From an uncultured delta proteobacterium (GTDB taxonomy: Bacteria; Desulfobacterota; Syntrophia; Syntrophales; Smithellaceae): a DNA stretch of 64,000 nt. The notes beneath the pieces are model-generated. The model did not search any database and was not told the origin of the DNA. It saw nothing but the letters and a program-made list of their open reading frames with translations. A program made the position numbers and the translations under genes. The stretch lies in contig CAVWEH010000005.1 of the NCBI GenBank assembly GCA_963753975.1, forward strand, positions 416,001-480,000, read 5' to 3'. This document shows, one piece after another, positions 11,699-19,819 of the stretch; position 1 is the first letter of the stretch; each line of letters opens with the position of its first letter.

Positions 11699-11890
11699 TC
11701 ATTTCGTCGGTTTCAATCTTTTATCCATTCCCGTAAAACCACAATCCGGTTCGTAGCAGGTAACATTGAGAAACTCGCATTTCTGTTTACAGACGGGGCA
11801 AACCTCCGGCGATTTTATTTCTACCACTGTATTGCCGCAATTGCTGCATTTCCATGTATTTTCGGGAACGGTTGGCTTATTGTCTGTCAT
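11699..11890 (-). CDS. Small rubredoxin-like Cys-rich protein
   Basis: WKCSNCG...PEVCPVC plus extra Cys (KCEFLNVTCYEPDCG); AGGAG RBS. Confidence 0.75.
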   Translation of the reverse strand: MTDNKPTVPENTWKCSNCGNTVVEIKSPEVCPVCKQKCEFLNVTCYEPDCGFTGMDKRLKPTK

Positions 11891-12019
11891 ATCAATATCT
11901 CCTTTCGGAAATTATGAACGAATTTAGCACAAAAACAATATCCGTTGTGAAGATTTTTTGCTCTTGTAATTAATCATTACTTTCGGTAAATGAACATACT
12001 CTTTCTAGTTAGGTAAATC

Positions 12020-12436
12020 ATGGCAAAAAGCACAAAAAATAATGACCTGAGCGGGTTGACTCTTTTGGGCAAACCAAGCAAGCCTACGCGCAAGCTGGAG
12101 ACATTTCCCAATCGCCATCCCAAGCGCGATTACGTAATTACCTTGCAAACCGAAGAATTTACCTGTGTCTGTCCCAAGACTGGTCAGCCGGATTTCGCCA
12201 AAATCAAAATCCAATACATTCCGGATCAAAAAATCATTGAGTCCAAATCTCTAAAATTGTATCTATGGTCTTTCCGCAATGAAGGCGTCTTCCACGAACA
12301 CGTCACCAATATAATTCTCGATGATTTGGTTGCAGCCCTTAAACCGCGCTGGTGCAAAGTCAGCGCGGAATTTGCCGTTCGCGGAGGCATTGGAATTACC
12401 GTCGACGCTGAATTCGGCAGCGAGTGTTCCCCGTAG
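12020..12436 (+). CDS. queF: NADPH-dependent preQ0 reductase (unimodular QueF)
   Basis: [36 protein letters not shown]. Confidence 0.95.
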   Translation: MAKSTKNNDLSGLTLLGKPSKPTRKLETFPNRHPKRDYVITLQTEEFTCVCPKTGQPDFAKIKIQYIPDQKIIESKSLKLYLWSFRNEGVFHEHVTNIILDDLVAALKPRWCKVSAEFAVRGGIGITVDAEFGSECSP

Positions 12437-12522
12437 CGTGCTACGGGATAAGCGAGCGAATATTGGATGATATCGTTCCCTAAGAATCGAAGCTTCGCCG
12501 CGGTTTACCGCGGAGAGCTTCA
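12430..12522. repeat. Two GC-rich palindromes between queF and yhhQ (REP-like)
   Basis: CCCGTAGC-GT-GCTACGGG (supplies the queF stop) and GAAGCTTCGCCGCGG-TTTA-CCGCGGAGAGCTTC. Confidence 0.45.
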
Positions 12523-12562
12523 ATACAAAAAGTAACGGCCACGTAAAAGGATATGTTTCTCG

Positions 12563-13282
12563 ATGGAAGAAACTAGTAAGGATAAAACCCGCCTCCGCTT
12601 ATTGCCTTTGATTTCGGCCATATTTGTCACAACTCTCGTTATTTCCAATATTATCGCCGTCAAGCTCGTTTCCGTGGGCGGTTTAATCATGCCCGCCGCA
12701 ATTTTTATTTTCCCCATCTCTTACATCTTCGGCGATATTCTGACGGAAGTTTACGGCTACGCCCGCTCCCGCCAAGTTATCTGGACAGGCTTTTTCTGCA
12801 ACTTGCTGGCTGTCGCGGCAATCTGGGTGAGCATTAATCTCCCCGCCGCTCCGGTATGGAATTTGGGAGCTTTTGAATCCTCGACAGCGGCGCAAAAAGC
12901 TTATGCAGCAATATTTAGCTTTACGCCGCGGATTTTGATTGCATCACTCGCCGCTTATCTCTTCGGTGAATTTATTAATTCCTTTGTGCTGGCCAAAATG
13001 AAGATAGCAACCAGCGGCAAACATCTCTGGACACGCCTAATAGGCTCGACTTTGCTGGGACAATTGGCCGATTCCGGTATTTTTATCACTCTGGCTTTTT
13101 ATGGGACAATACCAACAGCGATTTTGGGACAGATAATTTTGACCCAATGGATTATAAAATCGGCTTACGAGACTTTGGCCACGCCTTTTACTTACCTGAT
13201 TGTCAATTTCTTGAAGAAAAAGGAAAAAGAAGATTATTACGATTATAAAACAAATTTCAATCCGCTCATGTGGAAGGAATAA
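12563..13282 (+). CDS. yhhQ: Queuosine precursor transporter (YhhQ/Vut_1)
   Basis: ISNIIAVK, FPISYIFGDILTEVYG, STLLGQLADS; adjacent to queF. Confidence 0.9.
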   Translation: MEETSKDKTRLRLLPLISAIFVTTLVISNIIAVKLVSVGGLIMPAAIFIFPISYIFGDILTEVYGYARSRQVIWTGFFCNLLAVAAIWVSINLPAAPVWNLGAFESSTAAQKAYAAIFSFTPRILIASLAAYLFGEFINSFVLAKMKIATSGKHLWTRLIGSTLLGQLADSGIFITLAFYGTIPTAILGQIILTQWIIKSAYETLATPFTYLIVNFLKKKEKEDYYDYKTNFNPLMWKE

Positions 13283-13294
13283 ATATACGGATAG

Positions 13295-13339
13295 CCGGCA
13301 AAATCTTTGCAGAGCTATCATGCGGAGATAAAATAGATT
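13295..13339 (+). repeat. Partial copy A of ~110-bp post-gene repeat
   Basis: CCGGCAAAATCTTTGCAGAGCTATCATGCGGAGATAAAATAGATT closely matches 14645-14690. Confidence 0.65.
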
Positions 13340-13567
13340 CTTTATTAGAACTGAAAGAATCCATGCGCGAACGTTATGTTGATCCATATAAAATCCCATC
13401 GGAAAAATAAAAAATCAATTTGATAATATTTACAAATTAAATTGCTGGTTATATATTATAGCTTGCTTTCTTGGCGTGTTACTTAGCCCAACATTGTTGG
13501 ACTAAATAGATATTTCAATCATGATCGGCAAATAAATCGTCGTGCTTCTAATCCTGAAAGGTGCGAT

Positions 13568-14596
13568 ATGGCTACAGAGACAGGCGGAGTTCCTGATAAA
13601 TTAACAATACATTCCTTGCGGAAAACATTATCGCAGTATGCCCAATCGGACAGACGGAAGGCGATTTTCCAACTGATCAACACCTTTATCCCCTACATTG
13701 CGTTCTGGGTTATCCTTGTTTACCTGATAAGCCAAAAGTATCCCTTTCCACTGATTTCCTTCCTCATGTTTATCTCATCACTTTTTCTGGTGCGCATATT
13801 TATTTTTTTGCACGACTGCGCACACAGTTCTTTTTTTGCCTCACATTGGGCCAATACGATCCTTGGTTATCTGTCAGGTATTTTGACCTTTACACCCTTT
13901 ACCTTCTGGCAGCACAAACACCTCTTGCATCACGGAACATATGCGGATCTGGATCATAAGGGTGTCGGGGATATCTGGACATTGACAGTTAAGGAGTATC
14001 TGGCGTCTTCCAAAATGAAGCGAACGGTCTATAGACTCTATCGTAATCCTTTCGTTTTCCTCGTCATCGGCCCGACCTACACTTTTTTGCTTGCCCAGCG
14101 CTTCATGCACAGTTGGGTAGCGAAGAAGGAACGCAACAGCGCGGCTATTACTAATCTGGGTATTGTAGCAATCATTTGGGCAGCCAGTCTGACGATCGGG
14201 GTTAAAACCTATCTGATTATTCAACTACCGATAATGCTGATTGCCGGGGCCATCGGCGTGTGGCTTTTTTACGTCCAGCATCAATTCGAGGGAGTGTATT
14301 GGTCTCATCACGAGAATTGGGACCCGCTGAAGGCCGCACTGAAAGGAAGCTCTTATTACAAGCTGCCAAAAGTCCTTCAGTGGTTTTCAGGCAATATAGG
14401 CCTGCATCATGTGCACCATGTTCTGCCCCGAATTCCGAACTATAAACTACAACAAAGCTACGATGAATCACCAATTTTGCAGACTGTGACGCCCCTGACC
14501 ATCCGCAAAAGCCTCAAGTCCTTTTCTTTGAACTTGTGGGATGATCGGCAGCAGAAGCTTGTAAGTTTTAAATCCTTGAAGGAGCCGGCGCACTAA
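13568..14596 (+). CDS. Membrane-bound fatty acid desaturase (Bacillus Des-like)
   Basis: Three His boxes HDCAH, HLLHH, HHVHH; WLFYVQHQFE; GSSYYKLP. Confidence 0.9.
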   Translation: MATETGGVPDKLTIHSLRKTLSQYAQSDRRKAIFQLINTFIPYIAFWVILVYLISQKYPFPLISFLMFISSLFLVRIFIFLHDCAHSSFFASHWANTILGYLSGILTFTPFTFWQHKHLLHHGTYADLDHKGVGDIWTLTVKEYLASSKMKRTVYRLYRNPFVFLVIGPTYTFLLAQRFMHSWVAKKERNSAAITNLGIVAIIWAASLTIGVKTYLIIQLPIMLIAGAIGVWLFYVQHQFEGVYWSHHENWDPLKAALKGSSYYKLPKVLQWFSGNIGLHHVHHVLPRIPNYKLQQSYDESPILQTVTPLTIRKSLKSFSLNLWDDRQQKLVSFKSLKEPAH

Positions 14597-14691
14597 GCCA
14601 TTTTGTCATCGGCAAAAAAATATTTATCCGACCGAAAGGCCCTTCCGGACAAAATCTTTGCAGAGCTATCGCGTGGAAATAAAATAGATTG
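14581..14691 (+). repeat. Copy B of ~110-bp post-gene repeat
   Basis: Aligns end-to-end with 16087-16197. Confidence 0.7.
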
Positions 14692-14831
14692 CTTTTTTCC
14701 ATAATAACCATTTGATTTTCGATGAAAAACTGGTAGAAAATATATCACTTCAAAAATCGATTTAGCATCAGACACGTATTTTAAACATTACGCATATTTA
14801 TTGTTAGCCGTTAACTTCAGAGGAGGTCTTT

Positions 14832-16067
14832 ATGGAAAGTTTGCAGGACATTAAGGCACGCTACGATTCACTGAAAGGCCTTGGTCTTAAATTGAATATA
14901 GAGCGCGGCCAACCGGGGGACGACAATTTCGATCTATCCAACGCCCTTCTTTCCATTGTGACGGAAAAAGATGTTAAGACCCAAAGCGGTTTCGACATCC
15001 GCAATTACCCGGGAGGAGTTTTAGGCCTGCCGGAAGCACGCAAGTTATGTGCTGAAATCCTGGGCGCAAAGCCTGAAGAAACCATGGTCGGCAACAATGC
15101 CAGTCTCATGATTCTCTCCAATGTACTCATGTGGGCGTTACTTCGAGGCCTGGTCGGAAGCCCTGTTCCGTGGAGTAAAGTCGATAAGCCGAAGATGATA
15201 GTCGCTGTCCCCGGTTATGACCGGCATTTCACGCTCCTTGCGGAAATGGGCTTTGAGATGATCCAGGTTAAAATGACCAAGGACGGGCCTGATATGGCAC
15301 AAGTCGAGAAAGTTGCATTAGCAGACCCGAAAGTTATAGGGATTCTTTTTGTCCCCACTTATTCCAATCCAACCGGAGATACGGTTTCCGATGAAACGGT
15401 AACGCGTTTGGCCAAAATGAAAACTGCAGCAGCAGATTTTACTATTTTTGCCGATGAAGCTTATCTGGTCCATCACTTGGTTGAAAAACCCAAACAGCAC
15501 AAAAATTTGCTTATCGCCTGCAAGGAAGCAGGAAACCCCAACAGGGTATATCTTTTCAGCTCGACATCAAAAATAACTTTTTCCGGTGCCGGCCTCGGGT
15601 TCATGGCTACAAGCGTGGAGAACATGACCTATATTTCTAAACTCTTCGGAACAATGTTCATTGGCCCCAACAAGGTGGAACAGTTGCGTCATGTGAAATT
15701 CTTGAATGCGTTTCCGGGCGGCGTAAGCGGTCTCATGAAGGAACACGCTAAACTCCTGAAACCGAAATTCGACGCTGTGCAAAAGGTGCTTGCAAAAGAA
15801 CTCGGAAGTACGGGACTCGCAACATGGAGCAATCCCGCAGGCGGTTATTTCGTGAGCCTCGATACAGCCAAACCTATCGCCAAGCGCGTTGTGACACTCG
15901 CCAAGGAAGCAGGCGTGGCTATAACGCCGGCTGGAGCGACATTTCCCTTCGGCAAAGACCCAAACGATGCGAATATCCGGATATCACCTACACGGCCGCC
16001 GATCACAGAACTGGAAAAAGCCATAGAGGTGCTTGCTGTTTGTATCAAACTTGCGTCAGCGGAATAA
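14832..16067 (+). CDS. PLP-dependent aminotransferase class I/II (aspartate aminotransferase-like)
   Basis: RNYPGG, PGYDRHF, YSNPTG, DEAY, STSKIT PLP lysine, FPFGKDPNDANIR. Confidence 0.88.
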   Translation: MESLQDIKARYDSLKGLGLKLNIERGQPGDDNFDLSNALLSIVTEKDVKTQSGFDIRNYPGGVLGLPEARKLCAEILGAKPEETMVGNNASLMILSNVLMWALLRGLVGSPVPWSKVDKPKMIVAVPGYDRHFTLLAEMGFEMIQVKMTKDGPDMAQVEKVALADPKVIGILFVPTYSNPTGDTVSDETVTRLAKMKTAAADFTIFADEAYLVHHLVEKPKQHKNLLIACKEAGNPNRVYLFSSTSKITFSGAGLGFMATSVENMTYISKLFGTMFIGPNKVEQLRHVKFLNAFPGGVSGLMKEHAKLLKPKFDAVQKVLAKELGSTGLATWSNPAGGYFVSLDTAKPIAKRVVTLAKEAGVAITPAGATFPFGKDPNDANIRISPTRPPITELEKAIEVLAVCIKLASAE

Positions 16068-16086
16068 AGCAGCTTTAAATACGGCA

Positions 16087-16197
16087 GGAGTCGGTGCACT
16101 AAGCAATTTTGACATTCGCAAAAAAATATTTGCCCGACGTAAGGACGCTCCGGGCAAAATGGCTAAAAAGCTATCACGCAGAAACAAAAGAAAATTG
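16087..16197 (+). repeat. Copy C of ~110-bp post-gene repeat
   Basis: GGAGTCGGTGCACTAAGCAATTTTGACATTCGCAAAAAAATATTTGCCCGACGTAAGG...CGGGCAAAAT...AGCTATCACGC. Confidence 0.7.
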
Positions 16198-16314
16198 AAC
16201 CTCTAATGTCATTCCGGCGTAGGCAGTGAATCCAGTAAAATAATCTAATCGTACTGATAATTTTCTCTTCTCATCTTGCCCTAAATAAAGTAGTATTAAT
16301 GTAAGGAGAAAAAC

Positions 16315-16914
16315 ATGTTATTTTTAAAACTGATTATGGCGTTCGCGCCATGGCTGGCATTTCTTTTCATTGCCCACGGCAGCCTATTTCGCCTCAAACT
16401 CGGATTGATCATCGCCCTGGTTTTAAGCATTGGAATGGGTATTGCCCGGCTGCACCGGGGTGTCATTTTATGGGTAGGGTTGGTCTTCTTTACGTGCGCT
16501 ACGCTCGCCGTGGTTATTTTCAATAATATGTGGGCTGTAAAATACATGGGGATCATCGCCTCGGGGGTTCTGGCTACCGCTACTTGGCTGACCGTAATTT
16601 TCAGGAAACCATTTACGATGGATTACGCCAAAGAACACACCGACCCGTCACTATGGAATAGTCCGATGTTTATCAGGACAAACATCATCCTAACTTCGGC
16701 CTGGGGCCTGACCTTCGCGATCAACGCCATTTTGGCCTGGGGCAAGATGGAACGTTTTATCCTGTCTGAACTTGGTTACGAAATTACCAGCTACACCCTG
16801 ATGATTGGAACCGCCGCCTTCACGAGTTGGTATCCGGGTTACATCCGACAAAAAGCCGGAGACCTTGCACATAATGCCCCGATAACCGAAGTCGAAAATG
16901 AGCTTATCAATTAA
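16315..16914 (+). CDS. Integral membrane hypothetical protein
   Basis: AAGGAG RBS; about 6 TM; KPFTMDYAKE...WNSPMFIRTNIILTSAWG. Confidence 0.75.
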   Translation: MLFLKLIMAFAPWLAFLFIAHGSLFRLKLGLIIALVLSIGMGIARLHRGVILWVGLVFFTCATLAVVIFNNMWAVKYMGIIASGVLATATWLTVIFRKPFTMDYAKEHTDPSLWNSPMFIRTNIILTSAWGLTFAINAILAWGKMERFILSELGYEITSYTLMIGTAAFTSWYPGYIRQKAGDLAHNAPITEVENELIN

Positions 16915-17017
16915 TTTAAAGGAAGGGGGCACACACGCCTTCCCGTGTGCTTTGACATAAAAAAATAGCATCACATTATCAATGGATATTGAAATATAGT
17001 GAAATATGTAGATAAAA

Positions 17018-17072
17018 ATCTAACAAGGCAATCCAGCCGATCGCTACGCTCCGGCTGATTTTTTCGTTAGAC
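17018..17072 (+). mobile_element. Orphan integron attC-like site
   Basis: R'' ATCTAAC, 5-nt spacer, L'' AATC(C)AGCCG with an extrahelical base, L' CGGCTGATT, R' GTTAGAC; 55 bp. Confidence 0.65.
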
Positions 17073-17082
17073 ACACAAAAAC

Positions 17083-17412
17083 TCAACCTCGTTCCAAAAA
17101 TCCAAACTCCTGCAAAATTTCTCTCGCCCGCTCAGCTTCATCAGCTTTCACGAGCAGTCGAGCGTAAGCTCCCGCTGCTATAAGCATGACAGAGCTTTCC
17201 CCCTGAAAAAAATAAGTGATTCCTTCGCCGTCAAGGATGGATTTTATAAAAGCAATATCGCCCTGCTGGTACGTGGAGAAAACCTCCACAAACTCTACAT
17301 CGTCGAATTCATTAACCGGTTCAGGCGGCAGCGCGCCGACCAGATCAACACCACAATCAGCGCACGTTAGAAAGCCTTCTCTATATTCACTTTTACATTG
17401 GGGACAAAACAT
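17083..17412 (-). CDS. DUF2007-like protein with N-terminal Zn ribbon
   Basis: MFCPQCKSEYREGFLTCADCGVDLV, IKSILDGEGI. Confidence 0.8.
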   Translation of the reverse strand: MFCPQCKSEYREGFLTCADCGVDLVGALPPEPVNEFDDVEFVEVFSTYQQGDIAFIKSILDGEGITYFFQGESSVMLIAAGAYARLLVKADEAERAREILQEFGFLERG

Positions 17413-17423
17413 TGCAGATTTCC

Positions 17424-17996
17424 TTATTTCGCGAGCTTTATAAAAACCACCGGTTCATCCCAGAGGAAGAATGATTTATCGGATGACTCGACCAGGTTTA
17501 TTATATTTTTCGCGCTGTCGGTAATAACCACTGTGGATGTATCAAATGATAGTTTTCCGTCTTCCTGCTTTTTCTTTTCCATCATTCCTTTGATTTTGCG
17601 GCCTTTTATTGCTTGGGTGAAAGCATCATTGGAAGCGTGCCAAAAAATGAGTTTATGATCGCTTATGCCAATTCTCCCCCAAATATATTCAATATCTTTG
17701 CTATCGTTCTCCGGCAGGATATTGAAATACAGCCAGGAATTGCCTTTCATGATTTTCAGCTTTAATGTTTCAATTTTTTCTTTATCTTCCAGAAAAATAA
17801 TTTTTATAATTCCTTTTTCCGGATCAATTGCTTTGATGAGTATAGCGCCTTCATCATTTATCCAGGTGCCGTCTATCTTTTGCGCATCCAACTTGAATTC
17901 CTGCAATCCGACGATATTTTTCGAAACGACGGGACACCCGGTGAGCATTGACAAAATGAAGATTAAGAAAAGTATTTTTACTCTTTTCATGATCAT
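17424..17996 (-). CDS. Hypothetical lipoprotein
   Basis: Signal peptide with LTGC lipobox. Confidence 0.7.
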   Translation of the reverse strand: MIMKRVKILFLIFILSMLTGCPVVSKNIVGLQEFKLDAQKIDGTWINDEGAILIKAIDPEKGIIKIIFLEDKEKIETLKLKIMKGNSWLYFNILPENDSKDIEYIWGRIGISDHKLIFWHASNDAFTQAIKGRKIKGMMEKKKQEDGKLSFDTSTVVITDSAKNIINLVESSDKSFFLWDEPVVFIKLAK

Positions 17997-18005
17997 ACTC
18001 CTTTT

Positions 18006-18518
18006 TTATTTTATCCCAACCGATTGGCTTCGTCGTTCCAAGAGAATAACATTACGCCATATCCCGGCAAGAGGGCCGTGCGTCATCTTGCCTAACCGCT
18101 CGCGCCGGCCTACTTCACGAAACCCCTGTTTCTTGACAAGAGCCAGACTTGCTTTGTTTTCGGGGAATATCCCGCCTTGCAAAGTCCATATGCCAGATCT
18201 TTCAGAGGCGCCGATCAAAGCGGCCAAAAGCGCGGCTCCTATACCTTGACGGCGCTCATTGGCACGGACGTACAAACTGACTTCCGCCACGCCCGAATAT
18301 ACACGGCGTCCGGAAACCGGGCTCAAGGCAGCCCATCCTATTATGGTATCTCCATCTCTTGCTACCAATCGGCAATCGAGCAGATGGGCCATATTCCATT
18401 TTCCCCAGTCAGAAGTATCCGCTTCAAACGTCGCATGCCCGGTGGCAATCCCCTCTTGATATATACTACGAACCTGCTCCCAATCGTCAGGCAGCATCTT
18501 ATCAATTGCATAGTCCAT
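18006..18518 (-). CDS. GNAT N-acetyltransferase (phosphinothricin/YncA-like)
   Basis: IYQEGIATGHATFE, VYSGVAEVSLYV, GIFPENKASLAL. Confidence 0.9.
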   Translation of the reverse strand: MDYAIDKMLPDDWEQVRSIYQEGIATGHATFEADTSDWGKWNMAHLLDCRLVARDGDTIIGWAALSPVSGRRVYSGVAEVSLYVRANERRQGIGAALLAALIGASERSGIWTLQGGIFPENKASLALVKKQGFREVGRRERLGKMTHGPLAGIWRNVILLERRSQSVGIK

Positions 18519-18547
18519 GACTGTTCACCCCCTAACTCTTGTGAATA

Positions 18548-18934
18548 TCATTCGACCTTCGCGCCTCGCTCTAAAAGCAGCGCGCGGAGCACCGATCTAT
18601 GACAATGTTGTTCTTCGGCGCAATAACAGCCGATAGAAAAATTGGTTTGGTGAGAGAGAGCCGCAAGCAAATCCAGTGTTCTGCTATTCTCCGGGCTCGC
18701 CATCTCGGTACGGAATCTTCGCAGGAATGTTTTCCACTCGTTTTCAGTCTTAGCATTTTGTCCCAGTTTCAACGTTTGCGTACTGGGCGAAAGGTTGGGA
18801 AACCACGCATCATACCAGTTTTGAGCAGAATACTCGCTTTTAAGCACGCCGCGGGGCGGACGCCTGACCGTTCCGATGCGAATACCTTCATTGGGTAATC
18901 TTTTCGTTCCCAGACGAACTATATGTATCGTCAT
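18548..18934 (-). CDS. DUF488 family protein
   Basis: RIGTVRRPPRGV, WFPNLSPS, GCYCAEEQHCHRSVL. Confidence 0.85.
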   Translation of the reverse strand: MTIHIVRLGTKRLPNEGIRIGTVRRPPRGVLKSEYSAQNWYDAWFPNLSPSTQTLKLGQNAKTENEWKTFLRRFRTEMASPENSRTLDLLAALSHQTNFSIGCYCAEEQHCHRSVLRALLLERGAKVE

Positions 18935-18944
18935 ACTCAACTCC

Positions 18945-19583
18945 TCAATGATTGGCGAGGTTTCGAATCTCCGCGTTTTCCATTACCCGCCCACGAATAT
19001 TTTCTGATGTCGCTTTCAGCATGGCCCGCCCGAGGTCTTGTCCATTCACATAGAGGCTCTCGAACGGTTTCAATAATCTAAAGAGCGGCCTTAATGCCCG
19101 GTATAGCCGTGGGCTACTGTTCGATGATTCACCGTCAATAAATGCGGGACGCCAGCAAACTGCGTTGACCAGAGCCATAAGATCGCGCTCGGTTTCCGCC
19201 TTCACACGCGCCCACATGAAGCGGCTGTTTGTACTTGTGCCTTTACCGCTGATGAAGTGGAACGCCGCAGTTGGACTAAGTGTTTGCAGCATTCTTACCG
19301 CAGCCAGAGCAAAGTCGTGCGTAATTCTCCGATATTCTTCCCCGGAGACCTGCGTCGCGGAGACGCCGAGGCAAAAGAGACAGGCATGGACATCCACGAA
19401 GGCTTCTTCTACCGGCGCATAGTCCAGGTAATCATTGTGAATAAACACGCGAAGTTTTTTGTGGGCAAAGCGTAGCGGGCGCCGGGTAATCGCGCGAATT
19501 TCCTTAACGGCCGGCGAGGAAAAGCATGCCCGGAGAATACTACCGCCTGCGGAACCGCTCGCACCAAAGATTAGAACATTCAT
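18945..19583 (-). CDS. NAD-dependent epimerase/atypical SDR
   Basis: VLIFGASGSAG, ACLFCLGVS, MWARVKAETE. Confidence 0.85.
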   Translation of the reverse strand: MNVLIFGASGSAGGSILRACFSSPAVKEIRAITRRPLRFAHKKLRVFIHNDYLDYAPVEEAFVDVHACLFCLGVSATQVSGEEYRRITHDFALAAVRMLQTLSPTAAFHFISGKGTSTNSRFMWARVKAETERDLMALVNAVCWRPAFIDGESSNSSPRLYRALRPLFRLLKPFESLYVNGQDLGRAMLKATSENIRGRVMENAEIRNLANH

Positions 19584-19819
19584 TCGACATTCCTCCCCCA
19601 AGAATTAGGTTTGGTTTAGCGAATTTGTAAACGACCTTTACTTTTTCCGATTCTTGATACATCGTTAAATACCTTAACAATTTAACTTTTGCAATTGTTA
19701 TCCTCAACTAGCTGTTGTGATATTTTGTATTTTATCTATAATAGCAAAGGGACTTAATACAAAAAGACAAGATTTCTCCCTTCGGTCGAAATAACTGGAA
19801 ATGGACATTAACGGTATTT

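Noticed and set aside
12430..12562. preQ1 riboswitch before yhhQ or queF
   Set aside because: No preQ1 consensus stem-loop with A-rich tail is visible; only GC-rich palindromes
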